Origin: a virus | Lineage: Duplodnaviria; Caudoviricetes | Direction: 5' to 3' (one strand) | Virus record (IMG/VR): IMGVR_UViG_3300020470_000014 | Location: 1-52,772 of that record | Length of the DNA stretch: 52,772 nucleotides | Shown here: piece by piece, positions 1-8,843 of the stretch | Layout of the letters: every line of letters starts with the position of its first letter | Numbering within the stretch: position 1 is the first letter of the stretch | Made by a program: the position numbers and the translations under genes | The notes under the pieces: generated by a model | The model's input: only the letters and a program-made list of their open reading frames with translations | Databases searched by the model: none | Told to the model about the DNA's origin: nothing

Positions 1-1035
1 ATGTCCAGACTCAGAGTCAACATAGTAGACTCGGGTTTGAGCACCAACAATCTCGTATCCAGGCATTCCGTTGTCCTGAACAGCAAGAGCATATCCAGTA
101 GAACCAATACCAATTCTGAAAGGACCAGAGTTATAGGTAAGGATATCACCCTTACTTACCAGAACAGCAGAGCTGTCTCCAGCAGCAAGTGTTTCCCAAT
201 AAGTACCGAGACCAGCGGTAGGAGTAACACCTTGGAAAGAGTTACCAACAGAAACATAAGAGTTGGAACCGTATCTTACGACATGGCCAGGATGGTATGC
301 GTAAGTTGTAGAGAAGTTTCCAACAAAATTGAAACCTTTAACAAGAAGATCCCAAACAGAGTTACCAATACCAACACCCTGCGTATTACCAGCAGAAAGT
401 GGAGCAATATTGGTAGTAATTCCTAATTTGTGACGGAAAATGTCACCACCGTACTGTACAAGTTGTCCTCTGTAGTATGTACCTGTGGTATAAGTGATAG
501 CAGCACCTGCAATACCGTCAGCAAGCACCTGCCATTTCTTACCAGCAGTGTCAGTACCGATAGCAACGTTCTCTGGAGGAGAGAATCCTGCAAGAGAAGT
601 AGTTAACGCAACATAGGATGAACCTTGATAGTTAACAACGTCACCTGTTTGATATTGACTGTTGATGCTCCATTCGCCTTCGGCTTTGAAACCTGCAACA
701 TATTCTGTGACTTTACTTAAGTCAATAAAGGTCCCTGCGGATGTGTGCGCCGTAGTAACTCTATACTGAACGTTACCGAATCTAACGACATCATTAATTT
801 TGTAGTAAACACCCGATGTCCAATCGCCTTTCGAGGAGATTCCTTCGATATGCACATTCCACTTTGAGAGATCCGTAGCATAGAAATCTGCGGTACTCGC
901 TGTAGAAGTGTGGTTGGCGACAGCAACGTAAGAGTTACCACCAAACTTGATGAGGTCATCAATCAGGTAGGATTTGGATGGCTGCCATTCGCCAGTCCAG
1001 TTGAATTTTACTCTTCCAAGTCTAAACTCAGCCAT
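1..1035 (-). CDS. Virion structural/tail-fibre-like protein with carbohydrate-binding (CBM5/12-like) repeats, 5' part only (runs off the left edge)
   Basis: Not in the ORF track because there is no stop in the window. Hand translation from ATG 1035: MAEFRLGRVKFNWTGEWQPSKSYLIDDLIKFGGNSYVA..., with repeated W-x4-Y-x3-(D/Q)-VVx(Y/F)GGxxY units. GGAG RBS upstream. Confidence 0.8.
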   Translation of the reverse strand, partial: MAEFRLGRVKFNWTGEWQPSKSYLIDDLIKFGGNSYVAVANHTSTASTADFYATDLSKWNVHIEGISSKGDWTSGVYYKINDVVRFGNVQYRVTTAHTSAGTFIDLSKVTEYVAGFKAEGEWSINSQYQTGDVVNYQGSSYVALTTSLAGFSPPENVAIGTDTAGKKWQVLADGIAGAAITYTTGTYYRGQLVQYGGDIFRHKLGITTNIAPLSAGNTQGVGIGNSVWDLLVKGFNFVGNFSTTYAYHPGHVVRYGSNSYVSVGNSFQGVTPTAGLGTYWETLAAGDSSAVLVSKGDILTYNSGPFRIGIGSTGYALAVQDNGMPGYEIVGAQTRVYYVDSESGH

Positions 1036-1053
1036 TGTCTCTCCTGGTAATTA

Positions 1054-1458
1054 TTATTTGGGTCCGATAGAGTTGTAATCATAATCTGGTCCGTTGAACC
1101 TAATGACGAAAAAACCGTCATCATCTATGTAATAATATAAGTTTCTTCGATCGAAACGGATCTGTTGGTATTTATCATTCGGATCATCTAACGATTTTTT
1201 TACGGTAGCGATATCTCCACGGATGACTGATGTTTTACCAACACCAACATCATACGTTCCGTAGTCAATACCATCACCGAATTCTGGAATTGCGGTTCCA
1301 TTTGTACGATAGAATTCACCTAATTCAGTAGAAGCAGCACTAACCTTTGAGAAATACAGCATATTTTCTGCATCTCTTCTCAGAGCATAAACGAAAAAAC
1401 CAGAGGATTCTGCTGGTAAAAACTCACCAGAAATTGAATTACTTAGGGTTAATGCCAT
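1054..1458 (-). CDS. Conserved cyanophage virion protein (YALRRD...YQQIRFDRRNLYYYIDDDG family)
   Basis: 134-aa ORF tightly packed between structural genes; motif recognised from T4-like marine phages. Confidence 0.7.
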   Translation of the reverse strand: MALTLSNSISGEFLPAESSGFFVYALRRDAENMLYFSKVSAASTELGEFYRTNGTAIPEFGDGIDYGTYDVGVGKTSVIRGDIATVKKSLDDPNDKYQQIRFDRRNLYYYIDDDGFFVIRFNGPDYDYNSIGPK

Positions 1459-1460
1459 GT

Positions 1461-1919
1461 TTAACTTCCTCTATTATTGAAGATTTTCCAAAGTGATCCA
1501 GTCCAGATCAAACTTACTGATGCACCAGAAACATCTAAAATTAATGGAGATGTTTCTCTCACTAGATGACCATTCTCAAATTGGTGAACCGAAGTCAACG
1601 AAACTGGGTTAATACTCCAAAAGTTAGTGAAATCTTCTACCCATACCCAGTCACCAACCGCACGAGGGGTTGGCATCGCCAAAGAATATCCACCAGGAGC
1701 ATCTTTTGAATCAACCGTATACTTTTGGTTTGTCGTCATAGAATAAGGACCATTGACGAAAGTCCATCTGGACTTCGCCAATTCAAAACCACCTGGAGTT
1801 ACACCGTCGTGAACAACAGCAACGTTTTTGTCTGTATCAACAGTTACTTCTGCAAGGGCACCAGTGAAGTTAAAGTGTTCAGCTGTGGTTCCTTTTCTTA
1901 GTTGTACCTGTTTTGTCAT
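1461..1919 (-). CDS. Tail-fibre-associated protein with Mtd/hyaluronidase-type N-terminal domain
   Basis: N-terminus QLRKGTTAEH..FTGALAEVTVDTDK..VVHDG.TPGG is the typical Mtd_N-like motif. C-terminal LAMP...VGDWVWVED...LIWTG module is typical of phage fibre repeats. Confidence 0.75.
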   Translation of the reverse strand: MTKQVQLRKGTTAEHFNFTGALAEVTVDTDKNVAVVHDGVTPGGFELAKSRWTFVNGPYSMTTNQKYTVDSKDAPGGYSLAMPTPRAVGDWVWVEDFTNFWSINPVSLTSVHQFENGHLVRETSPLILDVSGASVSLIWTGSLWKIFNNRGS

Positions 1920-1955
1920 GATTCAAATCTCATGAAACGGACTTTGCTTCTGTTT

Positions 1956-1963
1956 TATTTATA
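1956..1963 (-). promoter_or_regulatory. T4-type late promoter TATAAATA
   Basis: Exact TATAAATA on the minus strand in the intergenic gap about 37 nt upstream of ATG 1919. Confidence 0.8.
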
Positions 1964-1981
1964 CTTTTAAAAATAATTGAG

Positions 1982-4900
1982 TTAAATGATGACAACGAAT
2001 GTACGACCTTCCTCGAATTGAACGAGTTCGACAATGGTTGGTGTGATCGATTCGATGGTAATATTTCCGATTCCCACATAAGTAGATCTTGCATATGCCT
2101 CGTCGAGAGATCCAATGCCGAACAGGGATCCTGTCGCATTGAATGGTGGGAATACGCGGCGGAACCCAACACCACCTCCAATTTTGAAGAGTCCAGAACC
2201 ATCTGGAGATGGAGTGAAATCGACAAATGGATGGACAAGAGTCGTGGAAGAAAGTTGAAGTTTTCCTGAAGTGCCTGGATCTCTGTCGTCTCCATAGTAT
2301 CCGAATACTTGGATTGGTTTGGTAATACCAACACCAGAAACTGTAGTAATTCCTGATGTGCCTGGATCTCTGTCGTCTCCGTAGTATCCAAATACTTGAA
2401 TTGGTTTTTCGTCCGCATCTCCAAGAATCTTGAAGAGCATTGTTTCTTCGCCAGCACCCGAAGTAAACGATACGTCTGCGGAACCAGAAATCGTTGCAGT
2501 ACCGCCAATAATAATTGCGGTGATTCTGTAAACGGTTGTAGATTCTCCAGTAAAGTTGAACAGACCAGAACCATCTGGAGCTGGAGTGTAATCGATCTGT
2601 GGATGTGTAAGTTCTCCAACAATCGAAATTGTTCCTGATGTGCCTGGATCCTTGTCGTCTCCGTAGTATCCAAATACTTGAATCTGTCTGTTTTCGGATT
2701 CTCCTCCAACGTTGACAAGAACTGCGAACGTGGAAATAACAGGTGTGATAGATTCCGCACCACTGGCGAAGGCGAAGAGAGAACCACCACCAACTTCGGA
2801 GAATGTATTTCTCTCTTCCGCAATACCAGAAACATGAAGTGTTCCAGATGCATCGTATTGACGTTGACGGAATGCGTCTGCGTCTCCAGATATTGTAAGT
2901 GTCGCTGTATTTTCTGGAGTCTGAGCGGAGTATGCCTCTGCAGCACCATAAGGACCAGATATGAACAGTGTACCTGCTCCAACTGGACGAACCAGAGTGC
3001 TTTCTGCAGCTCCACCGATTGTGTAGAGAGAACCAGAACCATCGAAAGAATTGGTTTTTCTGAAATCGAGAGTTCCAGAGAATGTACCAATACCAACTCC
3101 AACTGGGGCTTTGGTAATTTCTCGATAAAGAGTTTGGTCTTTCTCTGTAGAGATCGTGATCGAACCAGATGTGCCTGGATCTCTGTCGTCTCCATAGTAT
3201 CCAAAGACACTGATTGGTCTGTTTGGTGCAGAACCAACGAAGTTGAAGAGAACAGGACCTGCAATAATTGGAGCAGGAATGAAACGTTCCTTCGCACCAA
3301 ATTCAACACCATTAAGGTCACCAATTCCAGTGTCATCATCAATAACACCGTTGCCTTCAGTACCAATACCAAGAATGTAGATAGTACCATCAGTAAGAAT
3401 TGGTGCGTTAGTACGACCGATTGCCTTACCATCGATGAAGATAGTACCAGATGCAGGATACCTAGGAATAAATCTGGAGGTAACAATGCCTGGACCTGTT
3501 CCGTCTTCGTTGAGGCCACCACCAGCAGATAATGTAAATCCAGTCTCGATACCGATATTTCTGTCGATACCGTAGTGTGGAGTGTAATCGATATCTGGGT
3601 GAACCAGTTCTCCAGACAATCTGAGAGTCGCTTTGTCTGCAACCTCGGCGTATGCTGCACGGAGTGGATCGACAGTTCCGTATGGAGTGAAGAGAGAAGT
3701 TCCTTCTGGAGGATTCGAGATGAGCTTCTCGGAACCAATACCAACCAGACTGATAGTACCAGATCCAACTTCTTCGAATCTGACTCTTTCGACCAGTTCT
3801 CCAGAGAAGGATGCAGTACCAATACCAACATCGACTTTGGTGAGAGTCTCTGTTCCAAAGCCACTTGTAAGAATTGTAACAGTTCCTTCTGGAGACTGCC
3901 AGACAACTGATTCGTCGCCAGATCCAGAAAGTGGCAGAAGAGGAACATCCGCACGTTCGAATATTGTGATAGATTCGGTAGCGCTGGAGATATCGAAGAG
4001 AACCGTACCCGAGCCTGGGAACGATGGAATCCACATCGTCTTGGCACGAGGCTCTGCATCGATAACACCAACTGCCGTACCAGAAGTAAGTGGGAATATT
4101 GGTGGCCTTTCAGAATCTTCGTTAAGCCAACCATAATCAAAGTAACCTCTATCAATGTTATCTTGATGGATAAATCCAGTATTAGATGGCCATTCATATT
4201 GGTCATATGGAGGTCCACCAACAACAGATCCTCCAAGTTCACCCCAATCTTCACTGACAACGTTGTAACTGAAGTTACCAACTTCATTAGTATTATCGAA
4301 CGTTGGAAGTGTTGTACTTCCAACACTGACATCGAATCCACGACTAACGTTGAGGTTGCTGATTTCACCCCAAGTCTCGTTGCCCTGACCATAAAGAATA
4401 GAAGATTCGTTGTAAGAATCTGTCTGTCTTTCATCACTAGAACCAGTAATTCCGAAGAGACCAACAGTATCACCGACATCAATAATTCTAAGATAAGTCT
4501 GACCTTCCTCTCTACCCTGTCTAAGAGTGATAAGACCACTACCTTTAACGTGTGGAATGTACCTATTTTCAGAAGAACCAGTAAGGAATTTGGTAACGGC
4601 AGTGTCAGATGCCTTAGTGACAGACTCACTAATACCACCGATTGTAAAGAGACTACCAGAACCAATCTCGGTTGCTGGTGTAATGGACTCATTACCAGTA
4701 CCACTAATGGTAAATTCACCCTCAAGACCGAATACTGTGTGTTGAGGAGCCTGACTGAACCAGTTGTAACCAAAGATATTGATTCCAGCCTTGTAGGTGG
4801 CAATACCAGTAATACCAGAAGATTCGTAGTCGTATGCTCTTGGAGCATCTGCAAAGTCGGATAGGAAGAATGTTCCGATACCGTTGTAAGAAGTTCTGGC

Positions 4901-6463
4901 GAATGCTTGATCGCCTTCTCCAACAATAGTAACCGCCCTGAAGCCAGGAATAATGTACTTGTAATCTTCTGCTCTGAAAGCAACTAGACGTACAAATCCA
5001 TAATCTGCATCGTCTTGAGTTGGAGTTTGACTGATTGAACCATAATCAATAGGTTCAACAAATCCATCTCTTTCAAGAGGCGATCTCCAATGAGGAGTGA
5101 AGTCCTCGATGATCGTACCACTGATAGCAAAGAGATTTGTATTCTCGTAGTCTTTGACAATTGCAACGTCTGTTGCAGCACCTGTGAGGGTATGTCTTGC
5201 AGTTGTTGATGGTGGGAAGTGTGTAAGTTTGAGTCCTTCTGCGAATCCTGTAAAGAATAGTTCTGCACGACTGATTCTTTGACGAACAACTGCTTCTGCA
5301 GCCGCACTTCCCTTGACAATGAGACCTGTACCTTCGATACCCTTCGGTGTGAAGGATTCGTTTGCAGATCCATTGAAGGTAAATTGACCTTCTTCTCCAA
5401 ATACTGTGTGTTGTGGTGCCTGACCAAGACCAAGTTGACCCTGTGCAGTGATCGTACCAGATCCTTCCCATGCAAAGGTGTTTCTCTCGGAGAGTCCCGA
5501 CTGTTTGACCAGTTGAGCAGTTTCTCCAACATAATCTCTGATAAATCTGTCGTATGCCTTGTTCTGTGCATTAACAGAAGTTGCCTTGGTGGACAACTTA
5601 CCGTAACGAACATCAGCAACGATCTGACCCCAATCTTCATAAGATGATGGAGTCTGAGAAATATCACCAAATGCTTCTGCTGTTACCTGATCGGCATCAG
5701 CAAACGAATTAGTATTATTTTGTGTAGAGTCAAAGGTGACATCATCACTAGAGAATGCTGCACCTTGTCTAATAGCAACCGTGCCGAAGTCAAATTCTTC
5801 GAAACCGCCAGTGTAGAAGGAGTAGTCATACGTTCTACTCTCTTCAAGTGTACCGTTAAGGGTTTCCTCATTAGGACGAATTTCAATAAATTCGTCTGGA
5901 TATGTCTGTGAGGTTCCACCAGAAACGGTGAGTGTAATTCTTGATTCGAACGGATATATGTTGAATTCCGCCGTTGCAGCCTCTTCAGAGACAGTAAGCG
6001 TTCCAGATCCGATTTCGACAAACGTATTGCTTGTATGGGCCTCGCCGAGGAGGGTAGGAAATGGTCCTGCGGCCCCAAAGTCGGGAATAACCAGTCTCTC
6101 CAGACCGCCACCAATCTCGAATAGGGTGCCAGATCCTTGCCAAGGCGCCTGAGAACGAGATACCTTACCAAGTCCTTGGATAAGGACTGGATCCATTGGA
6201 ATAGAAGGCACGAAGGTTGCAGACTCTTCTAGACCGTTTGTAATAGTTGCGATTTCTCCGAATGGATATACATCGCCTACAAAAGTGATAATACCGTAAT
6301 TGTTAGGGTTAAAACCTAGTGCGTCTTCTTCAATTACGGGTGCATCTGAAATATTTCCAAAATCCTCTGTCGTCCCCGCTGTGGCCGTAATCTGACCATA
6401 GGTGTCGGAGACAAAATAGTTTATTCTTGCCGAGTCGTAGGTAAAAACCTTTGGGGCAGACAT
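1982..6463 (-). CDS. Large Gly/Ser/Thr-rich virion structural protein with internal repeats (1493 aa)
   Basis: Long ORF with strongly biased codon usage, GSGxLF/GSGTI repeats and four QVFGYYGDD(R/K)DPGTSG repeats; lies in the late module. Confidence 0.8.
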   Translation of the reverse strand: MSAPKVFTYDSARINYFVSDTYGQITATAGTTEDFGNISDAPVIEEDALGFNPNNYGIITFVGDVYPFGEIATITNGLEESATFVPSIPMDPVLIQGLGKVSRSQAPWQGSGTLFEIGGGLERLVIPDFGAAGPFPTLLGEAHTSNTFVEIGSGTLTVSEEAATAEFNIYPFESRITLTVSGGTSQTYPDEFIEIRPNEETLNGTLEESRTYDYSFYTGGFEEFDFGTVAIRQGAAFSSDDVTFDSTQNNTNSFADADQVTAEAFGDISQTPSSYEDWGQIVADVRYGKLSTKATSVNAQNKAYDRFIRDYVGETAQLVKQSGLSERNTFAWEGSGTITAQGQLGLGQAPQHTVFGEEGQFTFNGSANESFTPKGIEGTGLIVKGSAAAEAVVRQRISRAELFFTGFAEGLKLTHFPPSTTARHTLTGAATDVAIVKDYENTNLFAISGTIIEDFTPHWRSPLERDGFVEPIDYGSISQTPTQDDADYGFVRLVAFRAEDYKYIIPGFRAVTIVGEGDQAFARTSYNGIGTFFLSDFADAPRAYDYESSGITGIATYKAGINIFGYNWFSQAPQHTVFGLEGEFTISGTGNESITPATEIGSGSLFTIGGISESVTKASDTAVTKFLTGSSENRYIPHVKGSGLITLRQGREEGQTYLRIIDVGDTVGLFGITGSSDERQTDSYNESSILYGQGNETWGEISNLNVSRGFDVSVGSTTLPTFDNTNEVGNFSYNVVSEDWGELGGSVVGGPPYDQYEWPSNTGFIHQDNIDRGYFDYGWLNEDSERPPIFPLTSGTAVGVIDAEPRAKTMWIPSFPGSGTVLFDISSATESITIFERADVPLLPLSGSGDESVVWQSPEGTVTILTSGFGTETLTKVDVGIGTASFSGELVERVRFEEVGSGTISLVGIGSEKLISNPPEGTSLFTPYGTVDPLRAAYAEVADKATLRLSGELVHPDIDYTPHYGIDRNIGIETGFTLSAGGGLNEDGTGPGIVTSRFIPRYPASGTIFIDGKAIGRTNAPILTDGTIYILGIGTEGNGVIDDDTGIGDLNGVEFGAKERFIPAPIIAGPVLFNFVGSAPNRPISVFGYYGDDRDPGTSGSITISTEKDQTLYREITKAPVGVGIGTFSGTLDFRKTNSFDGSGSLYTIGGAAESTLVRPVGAGTLFISGPYGAAEAYSAQTPENTATLTISGDADAFRQRQYDASGTLHVSGIAEERNTFSEVGGGSLFAFASGAESITPVISTFAVLVNVGGESENRQIQVFGYYGDDKDPGTSGTISIVGELTHPQIDYTPAPDGSGLFNFTGESTTVYRITAIIIGGTATISGSADVSFTSGAGEETMLFKILGDADEKPIQVFGYYGDDRDPGTSGITTVSGVGITKPIQVFGYYGDDRDPGTSGKLQLSSTTLVHPFVDFTPSPDGSGLFKIGGGVGFRRVFPPFNATGSLFGIGSLDEAYARSTYVGIGNITIESITPTIVELVQFEEGRTFVVII
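2264..3211 (-). repeat. Four near-identical 48-bp repeats encoding (Q/S)VFGYYGDD(R/K)DPGTSG
   Basis: Copies at about 2264-2311, 2351-2398, 2633-2680 and 3164-3211 share gtgcctggatc(t/c)(c/t)tgtcgtctcc(a/g)tagtatcc. Confidence 0.9.
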
Positions 6464-6481
6464 ACTAAACCTTCATCTGAT

Positions 6482-6518
6482 AAAAAAGGGGAGATACTTC
6501 TGTCGAAGCACCTCCCTT
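6482..6518 (-). terminator. Rho-independent terminator
   Basis: Minus strand GGGAGGTGCTTC-GACA-GAAGTATCTCCC followed by CTTTTTT, just downstream of the 335-aa gene. Confidence 0.8.
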
Positions 6519-6548
6519 ACATAATAAAGATCTAATTATATGTATTAA

Positions 6549-7556
6549 TCAGTCAAGTGCAACGTTCAGGGTGATCTTAATTTGGTCACCGTTGTTCTGA
6601 ATATTGTATGGACCGTTTGTAAATCTCTCAGCGTACATGATGCTGGAGTACAAGGTCGCAGTATTCAGACCTGCAACACCGTTTGCGGTTGCAGTCAGAG
6701 AAGGAGTTGTTACGAACTCATCTGCGTTAGGTACGTTGAATACGGTATAAACGTTCGATTCCAGAGTTGTGTTACCTGCACCAGCAGCGACATAAAGAAT
6801 GTCTCCAGCTACTAGTCCGTGGTTGGTTGCGGTAATCTTACCGAAACTAAATGTAATCGATGGGTCAGTCTGAGGCTGAATGTTGTCGATAAGTGCCTTA
6901 TCTAAGTAAACAACGTTCAGAGCTCTGTCAAGTCCAATGATTCTAGTTCCTGTTTGAATACCAGGGTTTCCTGCAACATACTGACCAAGTGTAAGGTCAT
7001 TCATGTTGATGTTAGTATCTACATTGAAGTAGAAGTTACCAACAACGCCGATACAAGGATCAACGTTTGTACCCTTCGAGACAGTTGTTCCGATACCAAC
7101 CCCTGCAGCGTGTTCAACACCCTGAAGTGCAACAGGCATGTTGTTCGCTCTAGTCACATAGTAACCATAGATGTTACCAGCTGGACCAGTAAAGGTGAAG
7201 GTTTGTTCTGGATAGGTCGCGGTTGTACCACTACCAACGTTCTTAATAACCCAACGAGATCCATTCAGCAGGATTCCATACTGCTGAGTGTAACTCTGAT
7301 CTGATCTATTATTAACACAGTTTGGATAACCTGTGTTTGCTGTCGTTCCATAACCATTGGTGTTACCATCAATGTATGGTTCAAAATATGCTGTGGTAGA
7401 CGGTACGTCACCTTCCGCTGGGGTCGTATTACTCGTAAACAGTTTGAGTACGAGGTTTCTTGGTGAAGTATCCTCTAGGTCTTGCACGAAGTTATTCTGA
7501 GCAATCAGATAACGGAGGGACTCAATTTCACCAATATTGGGAACTAGTAATGCCAT
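6549..7556 (-). CDS. Virion structural protein (335 aa), cyanophage MALLVPNIGE family
   Basis: Conserved termini MALLVPNIGE..LVLKLF and YAERFTNGPYNIQNNGDQIKITLN; GGAG RBS; late promoter upstream and terminator downstream. Confidence 0.75.
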   Translation of the reverse strand: MALLVPNIGEIESLRYLIAQNNFVQDLEDTSPRNLVLKLFTSNTTPAEGDVPSTTAYFEPYIDGNTNGYGTTANTGYPNCVNNRSDQSYTQQYGILLNGSRWVIKNVGSGTTATYPEQTFTFTGPAGNIYGYYVTRANNMPVALQGVEHAAGVGIGTTVSKGTNVDPCIGVVGNFYFNVDTNINMNDLTLGQYVAGNPGIQTGTRIIGLDRALNVVYLDKALIDNIQPQTDPSITFSFGKITATNHGLVAGDILYVAAGAGNTTLESNVYTVFNVPNADEFVTTPSLTATANGVAGLNTATLYSSIMYAERFTNGPYNIQNNGDQIKITLNVALD

Positions 7557-7599
7557 CGAAACAAACTCCTCTAGGGGTTAGACTTTTAAGAACTAATGT

Positions 7600-7607
7600 T
7601 ATTTATA
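7600..7607 (-). promoter_or_regulatory. T4-type late promoter TATAAATA
   Basis: Exact motif overlapping the stop codon of the 7603-8280 gene. Confidence 0.75.
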
Positions 7608-8280
7608 ATTTTAATTTTAAAGAGATTAGGAATCTTCTAATACCTGAGACTCCGAACACTTCAAATGTAAGGATATCACCAGCAACAATTGTCTTATCCC
7701 AATTATTTAGTACATCGTCAAAGTATTTGTCAACTCCAGACAGGATTACTCTGTTTCCTCCTGTTATACTAGTGAATGTGGGATAGTTTGTGAAGTTAGA
7801 TTTGGAAATTTCAAAAGCTACATTTCCATTCTGATCGGAAAGAACAGTAATAGAATCTATAACTCCACTTACGTCAAGTGTTACCTTGCCTTTGTTTCCT
7901 GCAAGCATATCCGAACTACCACTATCAATTACATAATTGATTGTTCTGGTAAGATCAGCAGTTGTTGCAAGAGCAATAACAAAGACATTATCCGTTTGTA
8001 ATGGTGCCTGATTAAAAATAATGTTACTACCAGCAAGAGTAAAATCTTGTGAAGGATTCAGTACACCACCATTTTTAACAACAATTAGTTGTTGGTCATT
8101 GATTGCAGTATATGGAGTTCCATTTTCAGCAAGAGCAAATGTAACTCCTACTCCATTGAAACCACCACTGAAATCATCAATTACAACGTTACCATATTGA
8201 ATGGCTTTAGTTGGAATCTCATAATCGACTCCAACTCTGTATTCACCTGGCGTATTTACTGATACAAGGTAATTTGTCAT
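7603..8280 (-). CDS. Virion structural protein (225 aa, two domains)
   Basis: N-part resembles the gp7-type IDDFSGGFNG..TFAL domain; translationally coupled (TGATG overlap at 8280). Confidence 0.7.
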   Translation of the reverse strand: MTNYLVSVNTPGEYRVGVDYEIPTKAIQYGNVVIDDFSGGFNGVGVTFALAENGTPYTAINDQQLIVVKNGGVLNPSQDFTLAGSNIIFNQAPLQTDNVFVIALATTADLTRTINYVIDSGSSDMLAGNKGKVTLDVSGVIDSITVLSDQNGNVAFEISKSNFTNYPTFTSITGGNRVILSGVDKYFDDVLNNWDKTIVAGDILTFEVFGVSGIRRFLISLKLKL

Positions 8281-8612
8281 CAGGAAACTCCAGGCACTAC
8301 AAGAACGTTACCCTGAATGGGTTTCGTTTTATATGAGTTAGGGGAAGTCAAAACAAGATCATATACATATCTTCCACCTTCTATTGCAGCAGTAGCTGTC
8401 GATGCAAAAGCAACTTTGCACTGTCCAGCCAATCTGTTAGGGAATGATATAACAAAAGGGTAGTATTTTGTTGCCGCAGGATGCTTTCGCATCTTGGCTT
8501 CTGCAGTATATCCAGTAAGATTTAATGCAGATGCGTTCTGGTTTTGAATTGTGAACGTGGCTTCAAAATCTACGCCCTGGTCAACCACCAAATTAATAAC
8601 TCTTGCTGCCAT
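8280..8612 (-). CDS. Small Ig-like/BppU-like baseplate accessory protein (110 aa)
   Basis: NLVVDQGxDF...NLTGYT...GRYVYD...QGNVLVxPGV motif is common in T4-like marine phage tails. Confidence 0.7.
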   Translation of the reverse strand: MAARVINLVVDQGVDFEATFTIQNQNASALNLTGYTAEAKMRKHPAATKYYPFVISFPNRLAGQCKVAFASTATAAIEGGRYVYDLVLTSPNSYKTKPIQGNVLVVPGVS

Positions 8613-8635
8613 TATCCATCAGGGTCGGATTTGAA

Positions 8636-8842
8636 CTATTTATCCAATTTTTCTAATATCAACTTCATCATACCTTTCAACTCACCAACCTCTTCTTTGA
8701 GATTAGCGATTTCTTGTTTTTCAGTCAACGCTTTATTCTTCAATCTCATGTATTGATCATATTCCTTGTCAGAGTTATTCAGAATCGCATTTGACTCTGA
8801 GTCTCTAACAAGTCCTGCATGATCTTTAACTTTAATGTACAT
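8636..8842 (-). CDS. Conserved small coiled-coil protein (68 aa) following the VrlC-like gene
   Basis: KVKDHxGLVRDxxSNAILN...coiled-coil C-terminus; conserved position in cyanomyoviruses. Confidence 0.75.
   Translation of the reverse strand: MYIKVKDHAGLVRDSESNAILNNSDKEYDQYMRLKNKALTEKQEIANLKEEVGELKGMMKLILEKLDK
8637..8644 (-). promoter_or_regulatory. Late promoter variant GATAAATA
   Basis: ATAAATA core overlapping the stop of the 68-aa gene, 25 nt upstream of ATG 8612. Confidence 0.55.
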
Positions 8843-8843
8843 A

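Noticed and set aside
717-962. 81-aa minus-strand ORF in the track
   Set aside because: Out-of-frame shadow inside the real gene that starts at 1035 and runs off the window.
1461-3211. Diversity-generating retroelement (Mtd-like N-terminus plus DNA repeats)
   Set aside because: No reverse transcriptase in the window; the repeats are short, in-frame and differ mostly at synonymous sites rather than at adenines of a non-coding template.
3462-5471. Trp/Arg/Tyr-rich minus-strand ORFs 3462-4034 and 5073-5471
   Set aside because: Third-frame shadows of the Gly-rich 1493-aa gene.
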